A stretch of 8,078 nucleotides of DNA. Origin: an uncultured archaeon. Lineage in GTDB: Archaea; Iainarchaeota; Iainarchaeia; Iainarchaeales; 0-14-0-20-30-16. A program made the position numbers and the translations under genes. Of this stretch, positions 1-6,684 are shown one piece after another. The DNA lies in assembly GCA_964565725.1 (NCBI GenBank), contig CAZMGA010000024.1, positions 1 to 8,078 on the forward strand, given 5' to 3'. How positions within the stretch are numbered: position 1 is the stretch's first letter; every line of letters begins with the position of its first letter. The notes beneath the pieces are model-generated. The model saw only the letters and a list, made by a program, of their open reading frames with translations, had not been told where the DNA came from and did not search any database.

Positions 1-487
1 AAACACAATGACCTTCATGCCATAAAAATTCTTTTGTTCTTAAAAATAATCTTGTAATCCCAATTTCCCATCTAACTACATTACACCATTGATTTATTCT
101 TAATGGCAAATCTCTCCAACTTCTTATCCATTTACCATAAGAGTCATACATTATAGTTTCTGATGTAGGTCTTATAGCCAATTTATTTTGATCATCTGTA
201 TTTGCAATCCACGCCACTTCAGGAGCAAAACCTTCTGCATGATCTGCTTCTTTTTTAAAAAAAGATTCTGGAATTAATAATGGAAAATAAGCATTTTTAA
301 CTTTAAATTTTGTTTTAATTGTGTTATCAAAATTATTTTGTATAGCTTCCCACATTTCATAAGCTCTAGGTCTAATAACCATAAAGCCCCTAACACTCGA
401 AAAATCCGCAAGTTCTGCTCTTTGCACAACTTCATTATACCAATCAGTTATATTTTCTGATTTTTTAGTTAATGCTTTTTCATCCAT
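1..487 (-). CDS. proS: Prolyl-tRNA synthetase, archaeal/eukaryotic-like class IIa; N-terminal 162 codons, continues past the window start
   Basis: Not in the supplied ORF track (no stop in window). Reverse-strand ATG at 487-485. My translation is MDEKALTKKSENITDWYNEVVQRAELADFSSVRGFMVIRPRAYEMWEAIQNNF...NAYFPLLIPESFFKKEADHAEGFAPEVAWI...LAIRPTSETIMYDSYGKWIRSWRDLPLRINQWCNVVRWE...RLFLRTKEFLWHEGH, open for all 162 codons. It matches the ProRS pattern (WY.EV..KAEL, RPTSET, RDLP...NQW.NVVRWE, FLRT.EFLWQEGH). SD AGGAG (rc of 495-499) lies 7 nt upstream of the ATG. Confidence 0.85.
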   Translation of the reverse strand, partial: MDEKALTKKSENITDWYNEVVQRAELADFSSVRGFMVIRPRAYEMWEAIQNNFDNTIKTKFKVKNAYFPLLIPESFFKKEADHAEGFAPEVAWIANTDDQNKLAIRPTSETIMYDSYGKWIRSWRDLPLRINQWCNVVRWEIGITRLFLRTKEFLWHEGHCV

Positions 488-499
488 AATTAATCTCCT

Positions 500-514
500 G
501 TGCTTCCATAGCAC
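500..514 (-). promoter_or_regulatory. Short hairpin in the putative proS 5' leader, inside a local GC-rich island
   Basis: Inverted repeat GTGCT(500-504)/AGCAC(510-514) with a 5-nt loop. On the minus-strand RNA it reads GUGCU-AUGGA-AGCAC and directly abuts the SD (AGCAC-AGGAG). The 495-520 stretch (ctcctgtgcttccatagcaccccggc) is far more GC-rich than the surrounding spacer. Confidence 0.25.
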
Positions 515-567
515 CCCGGCAACTATATAATTAGAACATATATATTTAAAAAATAAAGATATTAAAT

Positions 568-613
568 AAAAAACAATTCAAAAAAAATTCAAATATATTT
601 TTTTATATAAAAA
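568..613 (-). terminator. Oligo-T tracts downstream of tRNA-Ile (archaeal-style terminator)
   Basis: Reading the minus strand from the tRNA 3' end gives TCTG-TTTTT (rc of 609-613), then T8 (rc of 580-587) and T6 (rc of 568-573). Archaeal RNAP terminates at oligo-T runs. The AT-rich background lowers specificity. Confidence 0.4.
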
Positions 614-617
614 CAGA

Positions 618-691
618 TGGGCGAGGCAGGATTTGAACCTGCGACATACTGCGTATAAGACAGCCGCTCTACCAGACTGAGCTACACACCC
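618..691 (-). tRNA. tRNA-Ile, anticodon TAT (UAU), 74 nt, no encoded CCA, no intron
   Basis: The rc is GGGTGTG-TA-GCTC-AGTCTGGTA-GAGC-G-GCTGT-CTTATAC-GCAGT-ATGTC-GCAGG-TTCAAAT-CCTGC-CTCGCCC-A. The cloverleaf folds by hand. The D stem GCTC/GAGC and T stem GCAGG/CCTGC are perfect. The anticodon stem has two terminal G-U pairs. The loop C-U-UAU-A-C has U33 and A37. The acceptor stem has one G-U pair (4-69) and one U-U mismatch (6-67). The body resembles archaeal Ile tRNAs (TAGCTCAGTCTGGT.AGAGC ... GGTTCAAATCC). Confidence 0.85.
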
Positions 692-757
692 ATTTATTCT
701 AGTTTTAAATAATAAATAAGATAATTTTAAAATTATATTTAAATTGGCAATAAAATG

Positions 758-765
758 TTTATAAA
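758..765 (+). promoter_or_regulatory. TATA box-like element (TTTATAAA) for the 787 gene; predicts a leaderless mRNA
   Basis: TTTATAAA at 758-765 follows an A-rich, BRE-like stretch (taaaatg). Exactly 21 nt separate it from the ATG at 787, and no SD lies between them. The archaeal TATA box sits around -26/-27 from the TSS, which places the TSS at or next to the ATG. Confidence 0.4.
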
Positions 766-786
766 CATATCTAAAGTATTTTCTTT

Positions 787-1440
787 ATGCAAAAATACAT
801 TTCAATTATAGGAAATTTAGAAAAACAACTTCTTTCAGACACAAACAAATTAAAAGAAATGTCTAAAAATATAAATAATTCCAATTATGATAAATATATT
901 TCTTATTTGAGAGGAGAAATTGCTTTAAAAAACAGCAATTCTAAAATAATTGAAGAATATTTAGGAAAAACAAAGATTTTAGAATATTTGGACCTTTTTA
1001 ATAAAGAATATCAAAATTTACAAGAACATATAAATGATATTCAAAAAATTAAAGAATTAAATGAATTTTTAGAATCTTTTAGGACACATAGAACATATTA
1101 TTTAAATGATACATTATTAGAAAGATTTTTATCTAGTTTTTTAAATAATTATTCTGAAGATTTTAAATTTAAAACAGAATTTGCAGGACAAATAAATTTA
1201 GATGACTTTGCTAATTCAGTAAATGGAAAAAAAGAAAATAATATTGTAGAACTAAAATATGAAAAAATTCCTAAAGCTGTTAAATTAGGATACAATTTGG
1301 GTTTGAAAAAATTTATTATTGAATCCTTAAATTTAAAATTAGTTTTTAAAAATAATTATATTTTAGAAATTTATTCTACAAGTAATATGATTTTAAAAAC
1401 AGACAAAATAGCAAAAGAAAATGATATAAAATATAATTAA
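787..1440 (+). CDS. Hypothetical protein, 217 aa; helical/coiled-coil-like N-half and beta-rich C-half; no family recognised
   Basis: Longest ORF in the region, and its codon and amino-acid bias (K/N/I/E-rich) matches the neighbours. It ends 23 nt before the thermosome ATG with no oligo-T terminator in between. No motif I can name. Confidence 0.6.
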   Translation: MQKYISIIGNLEKQLLSDTNKLKEMSKNINNSNYDKYISYLRGEIALKNSNSKIIEEYLGKTKILEYLDLFNKEYQNLQEHINDIQKIKELNEFLESFRTHRTYYLNDTLLERFLSSFLNNYSEDFKFKTEFAGQINLDDFANSVNGKKENNIVELKYEKIPKAVKLGYNLGLKKFIIESLNLKLVFKNNYILEIYSTSNMILKTDKIAKENDIKYN

Positions 1441-1448
1441 ATATCTCA

Positions 1449-1456
1449 AGAGGAGG
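1449..1456 (+). promoter_or_regulatory. Shine-Dalgarno site AGAGGAGG for the thermosome gene
   Basis: AGGAGG at 1451-1456, then a 7-nt spacer (cttttt t) to the ATG at 1464. It is complementary to the conserved 16S 3' end (..CCUCCU). Confidence 0.7.
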
Positions 1457-1463
1457 CTTTTTT

Positions 1464-3071
1464 ATGCAAAACGAAGATAATCAATTTTTAAGTGAGGGCA
1501 CTAAAAGAATTAAAGGCAAAGATGCACAAAGAATAAATATTTTAATTGGAAAAACTGTTGCTAATGCTATAAGATCTACTTTAGGACCAAAAGGTATGGA
1601 TAAAATGATAGTAGATGAAATGGGAGATGTAACAATAAGTAATGATGGCGCTACAATATTAAAAGAAATGGCTATTGATCATCCAGTAGGAAAAATGTTA
1701 GTAAATTTAGCAAAAAATCAAGATTCAGAAATTGGAGATGGAACAACTACCGCAGTAGTAATAACTGGGGCATTATTAGAAGAAGCAGAAAGTTTATTAG
1801 ATAATGGAATACACCCTTCAAATATTATAAATGGATATAGATTAGCAAGTGAAAATGCAATTAAGATTTATGAAAAAATTAGTACAAAAATAGATGTAAA
1901 TGATAAAAATACATTATATAATATAGCTTTAACATCTTTGACTGGAAAGGCATCAGAATCCTGCCCAAAAATTGCAGAATTAACTGTTAACTCTATTTTA
2001 GAAGTTATAGATATTAAAAATAATAAAAATGTTATAGATATAGACAATATTAAAATTGAAAAAAAAGAAGGGGCTGCATTAGAAGATAGTGAATTGATAA
2101 AAGGAATTGTTTTAGATAAAGAAAAAGTTAGTTCGAATATGCCTTCAGAAATTAAAGATGCAAAAATTGCATTATTAGATGTAGCATTAGAAATTAAAGG
2201 TCCAGAAACAGATACAAAAATATCAATTACTAGTCCAGAACAAATGGAACAATTTATAGAACAAGAGGAAAAAATGATTAAAGAAAAAGTAGATTTAATA
2301 AAAAAATCTGGAGCAAATGTAATATTTTGTCAAAAAGGAATTGATGATTTAGCACAACACTTTTTAGCTAAATATGGAATTATGGCTGCAAGAAGAATAA
2401 AAAAATCAGATATGGATAAATTAGCTAAAGCAACTTCTGCAAATATAGTTTCAAGATTAAAAGATTTAAATCCAAAAGATTTGGGACAAGCAAAAGTTGT
2501 TGAAGAAAAAAAAATAGCTGGAGAAAATATGTTATTTGTAAAAGGTTGCAAAAATCCAAAAGCCGTAACAATATTTATTAGAGGTGGAACAGAACAAGTA
2601 ATTAATGAAGCAGAACGTGCAGTAAATGATTCAATAGGAGCGGTATCTGTTGCAATAAAATCTGGCAAAGTAGTTATTGGTGCAGGAGCTTGTGAAACTG
2701 AAGTTGCAATGCAATTAAGAGAATATGCAAAAGAAATTGGTGGTAGAGAACAATTAGCAATTGATTGTTTTGCAAATGCTTTAGAAATAATACCAAAAAC
2801 ATTGGCAGAAACAGCAGGAATGAATCCATTAGATGCAATAGTATCTTTAAGAAATAATCACAAAAAAAATGGAATTAATTATGGTGTAAATGTAATTGAT
2901 GGCAAAATAGATGAAATGTCTAAAAAGAAAGTAATTGAACCTTTAACATTAAAAACACAAGCTATAACTGCAGCATCAGAAGTTACACAAATGATTTTAA
3001 GAATTGATGATGTTATTGCTGGAAATGCTCGTAATAAAATGCCAAGACCAGGAATGGACGGAATGGATTAA
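1464..3071 (+). CDS. ths: Thermosome subunit (group II chaperonin, Cpn60/TCP-1 family), 535 aa
   Basis: Hallmark motifs are present: [26 protein letters not shown], the nucleotide-binding [18 protein letters not shown] (a variant of the (P/A)GGGA.E motif), VIEPL..K, and a Met/Gly-containing C-terminal tail (PRPGMDGMD). Length and N-terminus align with archaeal thermosomes (..[16 protein letters not shown]..). Confidence 0.95.
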   Translation: MQNEDNQFLSEGTKRIKGKDAQRINILIGKTVANAIRSTLGPKGMDKMIVDEMGDVTISNDGATILKEMAIDHPVGKMLVNLAKNQDSEIGDGTTTAVVITGALLEEAESLLDNGIHPSNIINGYRLASENAIKIYEKISTKIDVNDKNTLYNIALTSLTGKASESCPKIAELTVNSILEVIDIKNNKNVIDIDNIKIEKKEGAALEDSELIKGIVLDKEKVSSNMPSEIKDAKIALLDVALEIKGPETDTKISITSPEQMEQFIEQEEKMIKEKVDLIKKSGANVIFCQKGIDDLAQHFLAKYGIMAARRIKKSDMDKLAKATSANIVSRLKDLNPKDLGQAKVVEEKKIAGENMLFVKGCKNPKAVTIFIRGGTEQVINEAERAVNDSIGAVSVAIKSGKVVIGAGACETEVAMQLREYAKEIGGREQLAIDCFANALEIIPKTLAETAGMNPLDAIVSLRNNHKKNGINYGVNVIDGKIDEMSKKKVIEPLTLKTQAITAASEVTQMILRIDDVIAGNARNKMPRPGMDGMD

Positions 3072-3098
3072 ATCCATTTCTTTTATTTATTTTATTAT
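3063..3098 (+). terminator. Hairpin plus T-rich tract at the thermosome 3' end
   Basis: Perfect inverted repeat ATGGAT(3063-3068)/ATCCAT(3072-3077). The stop codon TAA (3069-3071) forms the 3-nt loop. It is followed immediately by TTCTTTTATTTATTTTATT. Confidence 0.45.
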
Positions 3099-3134
3099 AT
3101 TATTTTAGATAATTAATTTAAAATAACAAATAAA

Positions 3135-3142
3135 TTTATATA
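3135..3142 (+). promoter_or_regulatory. TATA box-like element (TTTATATA) for the 3164 gene; leaderless geometry
   Basis: TTTATATA at 3135-3142, then 21 nt to the ATG at 3164 with no SD. The spacing is the same as at 758/787. A second TATA-like run (aaatatatta, 3151-3160) makes the assignment ambiguous. Confidence 0.35.
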
Positions 3143-3163
3143 CTCTTTTTAAATATATTAAAT

Positions 3164-3394
3164 ATGGACGAATTTATTGAAAATATTAAAGAGCAAATTT
3201 TAGAACTTATAAAAAATAAAAGTTCTACCATAATTGTTTTAAAAAATTCTAGAAAAATAATAACTAACCCTAGATTTATATTTGACATTAAAGCTTTAGA
3301 ACAAGGGTATTTAAGATGGACTTATAATAATAGATCAGATGAAGTATCATTAATGAATATATCTTCTATAGAATTACAAAAAAGAATTTATTAA
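3164..3394 (+). CDS. Small hypothetical protein, 76 aa
   Basis: ORF with matching compositional bias and promoter-like geometry upstream. No recognisable motif. Given its short length in an AT-rich genome, the coding status is only moderately supported. Confidence 0.45.
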   Translation: MDEFIENIKEQILELIKNKSSTIIVLKNSRKIITNPRFIFDIKALEQGYLRWTYNNRSDEVSLMNISSIELQKRIY

Positions 3395-3399
3395 AACTA

Positions 3400-3407
3400 T
3401 TTATAAA
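3400..3407 (+). promoter_or_regulatory. TATA box-like element (TTTATAAA) for the 3428 gene; leaderless geometry
   Basis: TTTATAAA at 3400-3407, then 20 nt to the ATG at 3428. There is no SD in the 33-nt spacer after the previous stop codon. Confidence 0.4.
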
Positions 3408-3427
3408 TTTTAATACAATATTTAATT

Positions 3428-4117
3428 ATGCCTGAAATTGAAATTTTACCTTGGATCCATGATATTAATCTAAATAGCCAAGCACAAGCCATAACATATA
3501 TTAAAAATTTACCAAAAAATTCTATTATTTTAATGGAAATAGATGATTCTCATATTAATGGATTTAACGATATCCCTAATTTTCTAAAAGCTAAAGGAAT
3601 AGACACCAGTATTGCCGCAGTTCTAGAAGTTTATTTAGAATGTCAAAAAAGAAACATTGTTGTATTACCTCTAGACAATGCAAATATTATTAAAAAGATA
3701 TTTGATATTCGAGACAGAGAAAAACTTTCTGGAGCAAAAGAAGCAGAATTTACTAGAGGATTTAATGCAATTAGAGAACAAGTAATGTTATCTAGAATTT
3801 TATCTGCATTAAAACTACATCCTAAAAAAAATATTTCTGTTTTAATTGGTGGAGAACATCATGAAAGAATTTACAAAGCCTTGGTTGAAAATACCCCTAA
3901 TGGTTATTCTATTAAAGTTAATGAAACTTCAAAAAGAATTTATGAATTATTTTCTAAACAACATTATTTTGAACCTAGATATGATACTAACTTCCCATGG
4001 ATTCACACAACAAATAAAATAAATAAATTTAGAGAACAACAAAAACAAAGAATTCAAAAAAAATTACAAAAAAGAAAAAGAAAAATATTACAAGAAAGAT
4101 TAACAAAACCAAAATAA
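3428..4117 (+). CDS. Putative Tiki/TraB/PrgY/GumN-superfamily protein (divergent) with a polybasic C-terminal tail, 229 aa
   Basis: The order of motifs resembles the TraB family. LPWIH(7-11) stands in place of GTAH, and IILMEID(33-39) in place of V.VELD. AAVLEVYLECQKRNIVVLPLD follows (an E...A...g....LiD-like segment). IREQVMLSRIL stands in place of ER(D/E)..Ma..l. ISVLIGGEHH(136-145) stands in place of vvaVvGagH, the second G-x-x-H. Residues 197-229 are Lys/Arg/Gln-rich (KINKFREQQKQRIQKKLQKRKRKILQERLTKPK). Recognised from memory of the family pattern only. Confidence 0.35.
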   Translation: MPEIEILPWIHDINLNSQAQAITYIKNLPKNSIILMEIDDSHINGFNDIPNFLKAKGIDTSIAAVLEVYLECQKRNIVVLPLDNANIIKKIFDIRDREKLSGAKEAEFTRGFNAIREQVMLSRILSALKLHPKKNISVLIGGEHHERIYKALVENTPNGYSIKVNETSKRIYELFSKQHYFEPRYDTNFPWIHTTNKINKFREQQKQRIQKKLQKRKRKILQERLTKPK

Positions 4118-4130
4118 AAAATATTTTAAT
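4111..4130. terminator. Shared A/T-tract between convergent genes (possible bidirectional oligo-T terminator)
   Basis: Only 13 nt (4118-4130) separate the stop of the + gene (4115-4117) from the stop of cdc48 (4131-4133). The plus strand has TATTTT. The minus strand reads TATTTTTTATTTT (rc of 4111-4123), which extends into the 3' end of the + gene. Confidence 0.3.
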
Positions 4131-6284
4131 TTATCTTATATAATTATTTCCATCTTCTTTGTCTTCATCATCATCTGATTTTTCTTTTGAAATTTTTATT
4201 CTTGCAATAGCTTTTTTAAAATCATTTATAGTTATTGGAATTGGTTTCATTTCAGATGCTTCTAAAGATATTAATGCAGCTTCTCTTAAAACACCATTTA
4301 GATCCGCACCAGAAAAATCTTTTGATTCTTTTGCAACATATTTTAAATCGTCTTCTTTTTCTATCAACATTTTTTTAGATAATCTCTTTAATATATCTAA
4401 TCTTTCTGTTTCTTCAGGCAAACCAATATTTAACAATAAATCAATTCTCCCTGGTCTTAATAAAGCATTATCCAAATTATGCAATTTATTTGTAGCTGCT
4501 AAAAATACAACCCCTTTAGAACCAGTTAAACCATCAATTTCAGTTAATAATTGATTTACAACTCTATATGTTGTTTGATTTGTATCTAATAATCTTTTTG
4601 GAGCTACAGCATCAATTTCATCAAAAAATACAATACAAGGCGAAGTTTGTCTTGCTTTCATAAAAATATTTCTTATAGCTTTTTCACTTTCACCCAACCA
4701 TTTACTAAAAATCTCTGGGCCTTTAATAGAAATAAAATTTGCTTCGCATTCATTAGCAATAGCTTTTGCCAACATTGTTTTTCCTGTTCCGGGTGGACCA
4801 TATAATAAAATTCCTTTTATTGGAGGTATTCCCGCTTTATCAAAAGAATCATAATATTTTAAAGGCCATTCAACCATTTTTTTAACTTCTTTTTTAACTG
4901 TATCTAAACCACCAATGTCATCCCAACGTATATCTGGAACCTCTACAAAAACTTCTCTTAAAGCAGAAGGTCTAACTTCTAATAAAGCTTTGTCAAAATC
5001 ATCTTTTTTAATTTCTATTTTTTCTAATTCTTCTAAAGGTATTTCTTCACAATTTAAATTAATAATTTCTGTATTAATACTTCTTCTTATTGATTGCATA
5101 GCTGCTTCTTTAACTAAAGCTGCTAAATCTGCACCTACAAAACCATGAGTCATACTTAATACAAAATCTAAATCAAAATCTTTTGATAATGGCACATCTC
5201 TTGTTAAAATATCTAATATCTCTTTTCTACCTTCTTTATCTGGAGCCCCAATTTCAATTTCTCTATCAAACCTTCCAGGTCTTCTTAACGCAGGATCTAT
5301 AGAATTAGGTCTATTTGTAGCAGCAATAACTATTACTTGTCCTCTTGCTTCCAAACCATCCATTATACTCAATAATTGCGCAACAACTCTCTTTTCAACT
5401 TCTCCTGAAACTTCCTCTCTAATTGGAGCTATGGCATCTATTTCATCTATAAAAATTATTGCAGGGGAATTTTCTTGCGCTTCTTTAAAGATAGCTCTTA
5501 GTTTATCTTCTGAACCTCCAACATATCTACTCATTATACTTGGCCCATTAATCAAACAAAAATGAGCATTAGTTTCACTTGCTACAGCTTTTGCAATTAA
5601 TGTTTTTCCAGTTCCTGGAGGGCCATATAATAAAACCCCTTTTGGTGGTTCTACTCCTACTTTGTTAAATAATTCAGGATGTTTTAAAGGTAATTCTATC
5701 ATTTCTCTAATTTTTCCTAATTGTTTTTTTATTCCACCTATATCTTCATAACTTATTCTAGGTACAGAAACATCATTTGGATCTGTAGGGGTAGTTAATA
5801 ATTCTACTTCCGTATTATCAGTAATTAATACTGCTCCTTTTGGTTGTGTGCTTTGAACTACTAAAATAATTGGGCTACCAAAAATAGCGAACATTATTTC
5901 TTCTCCAACTATTATTGGTTTATCTAAAAAATTTTTTTTAAGCAACCTAGCATAAGAACCTTGTGGAAAATTTACTTCTTGTAATGGAGCAAATGTTACT
6001 TTTTTTGCAATTTCTAATTTTGCTTTTTTTATTGTAACAGTATCTCCTATTGTAACTCCAGCATTTTTTCTTGTAAAAGAATCCATTCTAATTATTTCAT
6101 TGCCTTCATCATTTGGTCTAGAAGCCCAAATTTTTCCTAAAGTTTCTTTTTTACCTTTAATAATTACATAATCATTGGCTTTTAAACCTAAACTTGCACG
6201 CGTATCATTGTCTATAGCGACTATTTTTTTACCCACTAAATTAGGGTCAGATTCCATTACTTTCAATGTTTTTTCAAATGCCAT
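4131..6284 (-). CDS. cdc48: Cdc48/VAT/p97-type AAA+ ATPase (N domain + D1 + D2), 717 aa
   Basis: The N-terminal double-psi-barrel-like region carries the VAT/Cdc48 pattern ([14 protein letters not shown]...[21 protein letters not shown]....[25 protein letters not shown]). D1 has Walker [19 protein letters not shown], Walker [10 protein letters not shown], pore loop SRYVGGSE and [28 protein letters not shown]2 has Walker [19 protein letters not shown], Walker [10 protein letters not shown], pore loop SKWLGESE and [19 protein letters not shown]. The tail is acidic ([14 protein letters not shown]). Confidence 0.95.
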   Translation of the reverse strand: MAFEKTLKVMESDPNLVGKKIVAIDNDTRASLGLKANDYVIIKGKKETLGKIWASRPNDEGNEIIRMDSFTRKNAGVTIGDTVTIKKAKLEIAKKVTFAPLQEVNFPQGSYARLLKKNFLDKPIIVGEEIMFAIFGSPIILVVQSTQPKGAVLITDNTEVELLTTPTDPNDVSVPRISYEDIGGIKKQLGKIREMIELPLKHPELFNKVGVEPPKGVLLYGPPGTGKTLIAKAVASETNAHFCLINGPSIMSRYVGGSEDKLRAIFKEAQENSPAIIFIDEIDAIAPIREEVSGEVEKRVVAQLLSIMDGLEARGQVIVIAATNRPNSIDPALRRPGRFDREIEIGAPDKEGRKEILDILTRDVPLSKDFDLDFVLSMTHGFVGADLAALVKEAAMQSIRRSINTEIINLNCEEIPLEELEKIEIKKDDFDKALLEVRPSALREVFVEVPDIRWDDIGGLDTVKKEVKKMVEWPLKYYDSFDKAGIPPIKGILLYGPPGTGKTMLAKAIANECEANFISIKGPEIFSKWLGESEKAIRNIFMKARQTSPCIVFFDEIDAVAPKRLLDTNQTTYRVVNQLLTEIDGLTGSKGVVFLAATNKLHNLDNALLRPGRIDLLLNIGLPEETERLDILKRLSKKMLIEKEDDLKYVAKESKDFSGADLNGVLREAALISLEASEMKPIPITINDFKKAIARIKISKEKSDDDEDKEDGNNYIR

Positions 6285-6292
6285 AACTATCC

Positions 6293-6673
6293 CTATTTTA
6301 CCTTTTTAATTAAACTATATGTACACCAACCTAAAAAGAAACTTAAAGAGATGTATATATATGGTGATTTAAATAAATAATTCATTAAATAGCTCATAGA
6401 TATTGTTCCATAATAAATTAAAAATGCAAACCAAAATCCCAAATATAAAATTATTAATAATATTACACCTACATAAATTTCAGAAAAATCAAATTCTAAT
6501 TTTTTATCTAAAAATTCAAATATAAAAAATCCAAATATAAAAAATGCAACAATAAAAGCATAATTTACGAATGTTGTATTTATAGATTTAAAAACTAATT
6601 GTCCTAATAAAAAGATTAATAAAAAACTAATTAAAAAACTACTTATAATTAAAAATATTTTTTTATTCTTCAT
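6293..6673 (-). CDS. Small integral membrane protein, 126 aa, about 4 predicted TM helices, Phe/Ile/Leu-rich
   Basis: There are four hydrophobic stretches of about 20 aa: IFLIISSFLISFLLIFLLGQLVF, YAFIVAFFIFGFFIFEFL, IYVGVILLIILYLGFWFAFLIYY and YIYISLSFFLGWCTYSLI. Both termini are positively charged (MKNKK.., ..KKVK). A strong SD GAGGTGA lies 4 nt upstream. The stop is TAG at 6293-6295. Confidence 0.65.
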   Translation of the reverse strand: MKNKKIFLIISSFLISFLLIFLLGQLVFKSINTTFVNYAFIVAFFIFGFFIFEFLDKKLEFDFSEIYVGVILLIILYLGFWFAFLIYYGTISMSYLMNYLFKSPYIYISLSFFLGWCTYSLIKKVK

Positions 6674-6677
6674 AAAT

Positions 6678-6684
6678 TCACCTC
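6678..6684 (-). promoter_or_regulatory. Shine-Dalgarno GAGGTGA for the membrane-protein gene, overlapping the PIN-like gene's stop codon
   Basis: The rc of 6678-6684 (tcacctc) is GAGGTGA. Its last three bases are the TGA stop of the upstream gene, and a 4-nt spacer (ATTT) leads to the ATG at 6673. This is a translational-coupling arrangement. Confidence 0.65.

Noticed and set aside
575-593. Direct repeat AATTCAAA (575-582 and 586-593) and A/T palindromes in the tRNA-Ile/proS spacer
   Set aside because: These are short, low-complexity matches expected by chance in near-pure A/T sequence. They are better explained as part of the oligo-T termination region on the minus strand.
1423-1443. TATA-like run (gatataaaatataattaaata) just upstream of the thermosome gene as an independent promoter
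   Set aside because: With the spacing seen elsewhere in the window, the TSS would fall inside or after the AGGAGG SD (1451-1456) and would be neither leaderless nor SD-led. I therefore favour read-through from the 787 gene. An internal promoter cannot be excluded without TSS data.
2330-2668. 112-aa ORF on the minus strand
   Set aside because: It lies entirely antisense within the well-supported thermosome CDS. It has no start context or motif, and its composition is typical of a shadow frame.
4020-4117. Poly-A runs (A7-A8) in the Lys-rich tail of the TraB-like gene as possible frameshift, slippage or pseudogene signal
   Set aside because: The reading frame stays open through the tract to a normal TAA stop. 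The basic tail reads as a coherent K/R/Q-rich helix-like sequence, so nothing points to disruption.
4159-5148. Two plus-strand ORFs (4159-4554, 131 aa; 4915-5148, 77 aa)
   Set aside because: Both are antisense shadow ORFs inside the cdc48 CDS. They are Ser/Phe/Ile/Lys-rich low-complexity translations, as expected from the complement of a K/E/I-rich gene.
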